DNA of 64,000 nucleotides from an uncultured Rhizobium sp. (GTDB lineage Bacteria; Pseudomonadota; Alphaproteobacteria; Rickettsiales; UBA1997): NCBI GenBank assembly GCA_964506725.1, contig CAZDLU010000001.1, positions 45,955 to 109,954 of the forward strand, read 5' to 3'. Shown piece by piece: positions 62,000 to 64,000 of this stretch (position 1 is its first letter; each line of letters starts with the position of its first letter). The notes under the pieces were generated by a model. It saw only the letters and a program-made list of their open reading frames with translations, ran no database searches and was not told where the DNA came from. The position numbers and the translations under genes were made by a program.

Positions 62000-63988
62000 T
62001 TAATATTGCCAAACAGCCTTGAAATAAAAGGTGCGGCCGATATCGGTGTTAGTGTTAAACAGGGCACCTTGATATTCTTGATGGCGATCGTCAAAAAGAT
62101 TCCTGATACCGAAGCTTAAATCTAAGTTTTGTTTCGGAAGATAGCCAATTCTAGTATCGAATCTAACATAAGAAGCAACGCCTTTCCGATCTGTGTTAAC
62201 CGGTTTCGCCAAAGGTAAGCTGTCCATGTAATAAAGCATATTATCAAACTCTATTTTCGGAGTTATATTGTAATATGATCTTAAACGGAATTGATTATTA
62301 GGAGATCTTCCTTCAGCAAATTGTAGCGCGTCAGTTGTCGCTGAAATTGAAGTTGTGGCATCGGTTGAGCCAGGCTTTACATGTAATGCCATTTTTAAGA
62401 AATCATAGCTTGCTTCCAATTTCCAATCATTGGTAACTTGCCATTTTCCCATTAATTCTGCACCATAAGTTTCTCCATAACCAAGATTTGCAGCATTTCC
62501 GACATCTCCTTCGTAAGTTACTAAATCATCATATTTATTAACGAAAGCAGTGAAGTCAATTAAGGTTTTTACAGTTGGTTTTATTCTGTACCCGGCTTCA
62601 TAAGAAATTACATTTTCAGCTTTTAAGTTTCTGTTGCCCAAGCTTCCGGTACCGCCATCAAGATCAGGAACCCTAATGTCAAAACTTATTTCCGCTCTGG
62701 TCGGAGTTCTTACCGCTCTAGATACCGAGGCCCAAAGTGTTTGATTGCGTGTTGGATAGTAAGCAAGCTTAGCATTTGGTTGATATTCACGTCCGGTGTA
62801 ATTGTTGGATAATATTTTAGCGCCTAAAGTCAGGTACAATTTATCTGCAACTATACCGATTTTATCTTGTAAGAAAATACTGGAAATATAATCGTTTCTT
62901 TTGTTTGGAATGTAATTAATCGGAATATAGGGATCACCGCCACTGTTAAATAGAGTGCTGGTTTGAATGTCATCAAGAATTCTTCTATAACCTAAGCCCC
63001 AAGCGAATTGGTTTTTTTTGGAAAAATTATAAAAATGCTGGAAGTCAATATCATAAGTATTGGCGCTTTTTTGTAAGACCGGAAGGTGGAATTGATCGTA
63101 ATCGTAATAAGCATTTAAAGTAAAATTGGATTTGCTCGATAATTTTTTGTCCCAATTTATTACTAGATTGGCGCCACGTGAATCTTTGTTATTAATGTTG
63201 GGATTATTTAGTGTGGAGAAATAGTTTCTTGCCGTGCCGCTAAAAACATCGCCGTGAATTGAAATTGAGCTATCTTTTATGGAAGAAATATCGTATCGAA
63301 ATCCTGCTCTTTGTTGACTATAACCGTCATTTTTGCTTTTGCCGTTAGTGCTTGAATATTCGCCATCTTTGATGGATTTTTTACCGTATAATCTATAAGA
63401 ATCGCCGGCACTGGTTTTACCGCCATATCTTGCTTCGGTAATTGATTTATCTTGATCTCCGACAACTTGTGAAACGTAAGTGCCTTGGGTTTGAGCGGCA
63501 TTCTTAGTTATGATATTAATTACGCCGTTAACCGCATTAGCGCCCCAAATTGTACCGCCCGGACCGCGCACCACCTCAATTTTTTCAATATCTTCAATTA
63601 CATAATCATGAATGTCCCAAAATACACCGGAAAATAATGGCGTGTAAACAGTTCGTCCGTCAATTAAAACTAGAAGCTTATTGGAAAATTGGTTGTCAAA
63701 ACCGCGCATGGAAATAGCCCACTTATTGCCGTCAATTTTTGAAACCTGCACTCCCGGAACAAGGCGCAGAGCCTCTGGAATTGAGGTTATGCCGGCTCTT
63801 CTAATATCTTCGGCGGCTAAAATATAAGTTGCAGAAGGAGCGTCAAAAGCGCTTTCCTTCTTTTTTGAAAGGGAAAAAATATCAAAATTAAACGAATTCT
63901 CATTTGATTTGTTTTCTGCTGATAAGACATTTGAGCTTACAGCTGACAAAGAAGCTGCGGTGACTATAACTTTAAATATTTTTTTCAT
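62000..63988 (-). CDS. TonB-dependent outer-membrane receptor
   Basis: 662 aa. Signal peptide; plug domain (..DIRRAGITSIPEALRLVPGVQV.., ..IDGRTVYTPLFSGV.W.., ..IEVVRGPGGTIWGANAVNGVINIITK); beta-barrel ending ..RTFYFKAVWQY. Confidence 0.85.
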   Translation of the reverse strand: MKKIFKVIVTAASLSAVSSNVLSAENKSNENSFNFDIFSLSKKKESAFDAPSATYILAAEDIRRAGITSIPEALRLVPGVQVSKIDGNKWAISMRGFDNQFSNKLLVLIDGRTVYTPLFSGVFWDIHDYVIEDIEKIEVVRGPGGTIWGANAVNGVINIITKNAAQTQGTYVSQVVGDQDKSITEARYGGKTSAGDSYRLYGKKSIKDGEYSSTNGKSKNDGYSQQRAGFRYDISSIKDSSISIHGDVFSGTARNYFSTLNNPNINNKDSRGANLVINWDKKLSSKSNFTLNAYYDYDQFHLPVLQKSANTYDIDFQHFYNFSKKNQFAWGLGYRRILDDIQTSTLFNSGGDPYIPINYIPNKRNDYISSIFLQDKIGIVADKLYLTLGAKILSNNYTGREYQPNAKLAYYPTRNQTLWASVSRAVRTPTRAEISFDIRVPDLDGGTGSLGNRNLKAENVISYEAGYRIKPTVKTLIDFTAFVNKYDDLVTYEGDVGNAANLGYGETYGAELMGKWQVTNDWKLEASYDFLKMALHVKPGSTDATTSISATTDALQFAEGRSPNNQFRLRSYYNITPKIEFDNMLYYMDSLPLAKPVNTDRKGVASYVRFDTRIGYLPKQNLDLSFGIRNLFDDRHQEYQGALFNTNTDIGRTFYFKAVWQY

Positions 63989-64000
63989 GTATAAATTTTT

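Overview
This is an AT-rich (about mid-30s % G+C by eye), very gene-dense chromosomal window. It appears to come from a host-associated or intracellular alphaproteobacterium, Rickettsiales/Holosporales-like. That placement is an inference from the duplicated VirB4, a giant VirB6, TlyC, AmpG, a split-type PntAB and the overall gene set.

I call about 60 protein genes, mostly housekeeping: PBP5-like carboxypeptidase, ybaB, trpF, hslV, tolB, gatA, purA, purB, kdsB, rimK, engB, hslU, thiC, ffh, deaD, queD, hisI, lpdA, mnmA, gltA, tig, psd and pccB. There are two tRNAs (Gln-UUG and Lys-UUU). I found no rRNA, CRISPR array, intact IS or prophage.

Accessory content:
- A translationally coupled virB4-virB6 type IV secretion operon with no virB3.
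- A second, orphan VirB4 paralog with degenerate Walker A and B motifs.
- Several orphan ORFs that could be secreted effectors: an HExxH protein with a long acidic tail, a coiled-coil protein with a basic tail, a 616-aa orphan, a DXD-like protein with a basic tail, and a locally GC-rich Pro/Ala-rich 159-aa ORF.
- Two HEPN/nucleotidyltransferase (type VII) toxin-antitoxin pairs.
- A PemK/MazF-like toxin gene split by a 160-bp TA-flanked MITE whose in-silico excision restores the frame.
- A DUF3800-like gene.
- A pilin-like LamG / sulfatase / PAP2 envelope operon.
- A YfiR-like-HPt fusion beside a TonB-dependent receptor.

Intergenic DNA carries at least five families of palindromic REP/RPE/MITE-like elements. 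They sit exactly at gene boundaries and cause false N-terminal extensions in the ORF track. tRNA-Gln is followed by a 176-bp tandem array that re-copies its 3' end.

All family assignments rest on motif and pattern recognition by eye; no database search or folding was possible.
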